From assembly GCF_009914755.1 (NCBI RefSeq), contig NC_060929.1: DNA of 64,000 nucleotides. One strand, written 5' to 3'. Shown here piece by piece: positions 59,645-64,000 of this stretch. This DNA is from the human T2T-CHM13v2.0 reference genome, Homo sapiens. A model generated the notes under the pieces. It was not told the DNA's origin, ran no database searches, and worked only from the letters and a program-made list of their open reading frames with translations. The translations under genes were made by a program, and so were the position numbers. How positions within the stretch are numbered: position 1 is the stretch's first letter; every line of letters starts with the position of its first letter.

Positions 59645-62600
59645 ACATCTTCCCTTATACACAGAAGTGAGATGGCTTTTTAAAGGTAGATCCCTGGCCA
59701 GAGTTTTTGAGTTATGAGAACTACTCCAGAGATTTTTAGAACAACAATCACCACTGGCAGCACATTTCAGTGACACAGAATGGGTCCCAAAACTTGCCTA
59801 TTTGTGTGACATATTCAACCTAGTCAACAAACTCAATCTGTCACTTCAGGGGAGAATGAGAACTGTGTTCAAGTCAGCAAAAGGGTCTGCATTAAAAGCC
59901 AAAGTAGAATTATGGGGGTGATGAGTGAACATTGGGATTTCTGATATGTTTTAAACATTAGCTGTGATTTATAAAGAGGCTGAGCCAGGGCCTTCTTTCT
60001 CACAGCTGGTACATGATCACTTACCTCAGCTTTCAAAAGCATTTGAGTATTACTCAAAAGACCCCAAACTGGGAAGAAATGGATCCATGACCCATTTATG
60101 AATAAGCCAGGTGAATGGACTTTGTCCATGTTAGAAAAGGATCAACTGCTTGAGATCACAAATGACAGTGGACTTTAAAATATATTTGAGACAACTTCAA
60201 ATCTCCATATGTTCTGGATTAAAGTCAAGGCAGAATATCTTGTAATTGCCACAAAAGCACCAAAGAGCCTGCTTCAATTTCCAACATTCTATCTTTGTGA
60301 AGCAGGGTTTTCTGCAGTGACAGCAACCAAAATGAGATTATGGAGTAGATGGGACTATCTAGTTGCAGGAAAACAAGCTCAGGGCTCCCACTGATTCTAC
60401 ATTATGGTGAGTTGTATAATTATGTTATTATATATTACAATGTAATAATAATAATAGAAATAAAGTACGCAATAAAAGTAATGTGACTGAATCCCCCTGA
60501 CACCATCTCCTTCACCGGTCCATGGAAACATTGTCTTCCACAAAATCAGTCCCTGGTGCCAAAAAAGTTGGGGAACACTGCTATAACTTATAATATTGGC
60601 AATAAAGATTTTTGGCTTCTGCTGTAAAGGAGATGTTTAATCAATATGTTTTGGAAGGTCCTGGCTTTCTGGACTACAGATCACCCCCTTTGGGATGATT
60701 ACCAAGACTGAAGTGGTTCTTTATCCCTAAAGTCCATGGAAATGTCCTATTTTTGCCACAACTCACACTTGGCAAAGAAAGAAAACAGAACCCATAGGTT
60801 GGAAATACAAGAAGAGAGCATCACACATCATTTCTGACTACTAAATACAATGTGACTACTAGTAAAGCATGCAGCCAGTATTTTGTAGGAAATGTTAGAG
60901 AAAGTACTTTCATAGAAATTAGTTTAAAGGGTTTTCCTGGTGCTTAAAAATTGTATTTTAAGAAAGTAATTAAACAAATATTAGAACTCAGCATGAAAAT
61001 CTGACATTATAGTACAGATAACATGGGAAAAGCAACACTGGGCTAGAGATGGTCTAAGAACAGGTACTATTACCTTAACCACATGTGGGGAGGGAGCATT
61101 ACTCATTCTTTAGTAAGATGCAACTAAGGATTGATATTAGAATCCAACATATATGCATTATTGTTTTTTGTAATTAAATGTGGGAAATGGATTGTTAGGT
61201 AAGATGTTTTTCTAAAGCTCATGAAACACTTTTATTAAGTCTTGAGTTAACAAACTATCTATAAAGAAATTCCTAGAGAGGATGAGTGCAATCTGGCACA
61301 TTATGATCTGTTTCCTCTTGATAGAAAAGACCAGAAATTATCCCATTATCCTGTTTTACTTTTTAAAAATGCTTACATTGTTTTAAAGTAGTATGTTCTT
61401 GAGAAAGTGCTCATGCCCTTTAAGAAAAAACATGATCTATCTGATCCAATTTGAAAATGAAAACTGATGGGTAAGGGACACATTTTATGTGGGAATTGGT
61501 GCTACAAAATCAACAGGAAACATTAAGAGAGTTTTAAAAATGCAAAGAGAATAGTAAGTGGATAAAAATAATGTATATCCCTATCTATCTACCTATCTAT
61601 CTACACACAAACAAGTGTTATTTCATACTCCTCTTGGTGTCTTAGTAAATGATTCTAAATGGAATATGTTGAAATTTCATTATTTAAGAATAGATGATAG
61701 ATTAAAACTACTATGTACTTGAGTTCTCATGCACATAAAATATTGCTGGGATCCAGATTAAAGGACAAGGGACATAAAGGGAAAGGCAAAAGCTAAAAGT
61801 TAAAAGAGAAGAAACACTGAAAAAAAAGAAAATTATTGAACTGACTTGACTTTGTATATATTACATTATTAAATGCATTATTAAAATATATATCCAAGCC
61901 ATGTTAACTGTAAATGTCTAACTTTCCTCGTCAAATTTTATCTGAAACTGTCAAAACTTTTAAAACTTAGAAGAAGAATATTGAGAAAAACATTACCTTA
62001 AACTTCTTTTTAACGTACCTGGGTTCAGCTAGATAAAACCGCACAATATCATATCTTGAAGAAATGTTTTTATTTACATTTATTCGTCAAAATCTGAAGG
62101 CATTCCTTCCAGAAGAAAGACTCTCTTAATATTATTTATTGCATATAATGAATTGTAAGAAGGACTTTAAATTGATTTTCTCAAATCTGACTAGCTTATA
62201 AAGTGTTGTCAGATAATTATTAAATTCAACTGAAATAAAATAATTTATAATAATGCATGATGATTAAAATGTTGGTACATAAATATGAGACAGGGAAAAA
62301 CAAAGGCTGGAAAAGACTGGACAAATTTGAAAACAACTTTTCAACTTGCCACCAAAATGGCAAAACCTAATTCTAGGTAAAGTGGTTGACTTTTTCAAGT
62401 CAGATTAATAAATTAATGTAAACATCTATAAGGAATAAGCAACATCCAACAGTTTCATACTATTCAATTTCTTTTGCAAATGTTTCCTCTTTTTTTGCTA
62501 ATTCTTAAAGATCAGGAAAAAAACTGTGTGTAACATAATTTCAATGTAGATTATTCCTTGGTAAAATTCAAAGTAAACCCTGTTTATTTGTTTTTATATA

Positions 62601-62646
62601 AGGATCTTATAAATGATATCCAAATAGACATCAAATTTAGTGTCAT

Positions 62647-63476
62647 AATAAGTGGGCGAAGGATATGAGCAGACACAAAAGAAGGCATTTATGCAGCCAA
62701 AAGACACATGAAAAAATGCTCATCATCACTGGCCATCAGAGAAATGCAAATCAAAACCACAGTGAGATACCATCTCACACGAGTTAGAATGGCGGTCATT
62801 AAAAAGTCAGGAAACAACAGGTGCTGGAGAGGATGTGGAGAAATAGGAACACTTTTACACTGTTGGTGGGACTGTAAACTAGTTCAACCATTGTGGAAGT
62901 CAGTGTGGCGATTCCTCAGGGATCTAGAACTAGAAATACCATTTGACCCAGCCATCCCATTACTGGGTATATACCCAAAGGATTATCAATCATGCTGCTA
63001 TAAAGACACATGCACACGTATGTTTATTGCGGCACTATTCACAATAGCAAAGACTTGGAACCAACGCAAATGTCCAACAATGATAGACTGGATTAAAAAA
63101 ATGTGGCACATATACACCATGGAATACTATGCAGCCATCAAAAATGATGAGTTCATGTCCTTTGTAGGGACATGGATGAAGCTGGAAACCATCATTCTCA
63201 GCAAACTATCACAAGGACAAAAAACCAAACACTGCATGTTCTCACTCATAGGTGGGAATTGAACAATGAGAACATTTGGACACAGGAAGGGAACATCACA
63301 CACCAGGGCCTGGGGAGGGGGGAGGGATAGCATTAGGACATATACCTAATGTAAATGACGAGTTAATGGGTGCAGCACACCAACATGGCACATGTATACA
63401 TATGTTACAAACCTGCACGTTGTGCACATGTACCCTAAAACTTAAAGTATAATACAAAATTTTAAAAAAAAGAAAA
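62647..63476 (+). mobile_element. 5'-truncated L1PA (L1PA4/5-like): ORF2 C-terminus, 3' UTR and A tail
   Basis: ORF 62708-63262 is the L1 ORF2 cysteine-rich C-terminus ([18 protein letters not shown]...IGGN); ends taccctaaaacttaaagtataat plus an A tail. Confidence 0.95.
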
Positions 63477-64000
63477 GATATATTTGAAGTCTCTATATTT
63501 CAACAAAATAGACTCAAATTCAGTACCCATCATACAGCATATATTTCACAGTCACTATTATTCAATAGGTATGTATATGAATAGATACACATCTATCTTA
63601 TACAAAAACAGGTCAAAAAGCATTTAAAAATAAAAATAAAACTTAACCAAAACAGAAATAAATAAAAATAGACATGCCCTTAAAAAGCTTGAGAAACTTA
63701 ATTAAACTCTGGCAAACCATGGAAATGGAACTCAGGAATAGAACTCTATTAAGCAATTTTTCCTTATGTATAGATTATAGCTACTGTGTAGCTGAGCCTA
63801 TTTCTTAATGCACTGATACAAGAACTAGGTATCTTTTAGTTTAGAGGAGAAATGTTTAGTGTGCAGATTTCAAACTCTTTCAACATTCTGATCTCTGATC
63901 ATGTAGTACAATTGAGAAGTATGATGAAGAGGATGGCATATTTAGCTTGAAGTTAAAAGAGATCCAACTTGCCCTTAGTTTATTACGTATTTATTGTTGA

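Larger units (their letters stand above)
57995..60394 (+). pseudogene. Disrupted hAT/Buster transposase (ZBED5/SCAND3-like family)
   Basis: Fragments in order: MSKKQTSLECFF; BED-finger-like LCIICDDWLS...LLHHMQIKHP; KRPFTIGEELILPAAKDI; HCVIYRE (the HCxxH motif); [14 protein letters not shown]; FWIKVKAEY...PTFYLCEAGFS. Stops, frameshifts and Alus interrupt it. Confidence 0.88.
57419..60580 (+). mobile_element. Charlie3-like (Buster/hAT) DNA transposon, near full-length fossil with two Alu insertions
   Basis: TIRs caggggcctccaac / gttggggaacactg; 8-bp TSD atgtaact / ctataact (6 of 8 match, central TA); MER1-type ends; transposase remnants inside. Confidence 0.9.

Noticed and set aside
62708-63262. 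Longest ORF in the window (184 aa)
   Set aside because: It is the L1 ORF2 C-terminus of a 5'-truncated L1PA with no promoter, not a host gene.

Overview
AT-rich, repeat-dense primate genomic DNA, almost certainly human chr5p12. It holds the 3' part of FGF10 on the minus strand: the distal ~16 kb of intron 1 (48112-64000), exon 2 (48008-48111, 104 bp), intron 2 (5234 bp), the exon 3 CDS (42576-42773) and a probably long 3' UTR with several AATAAA candidates, the distal one at ~37850. Bases 1-37800 are downstream intergenic sequence. Exon 1 lies outside the window. The rest is interspersed repeats: Alus, L1, L2, MIR, MaLR LTRs, MER5A, MER20, a MADE1 half, a piggyBac MITE (MER75) and a near full-length fossil Charlie3/Buster hAT transposon with a MER1 MITE nearby. 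Nearly all ORFs in the supplied track are spurious or repeat-derived. I found no credible new biological system. The most unusual structures are a ~350-bp-arm diverged inverted repeat at 17.9-19.8 kb that I cannot assign to a repeat family, an inverted L1PA insertion joining the L1 3' end to the ORF1 C-terminus across a multi-kb gap, and a 25-bp hairpin at 3.3 kb. Repeat family names come from recalled consensus sequences, not a database search.
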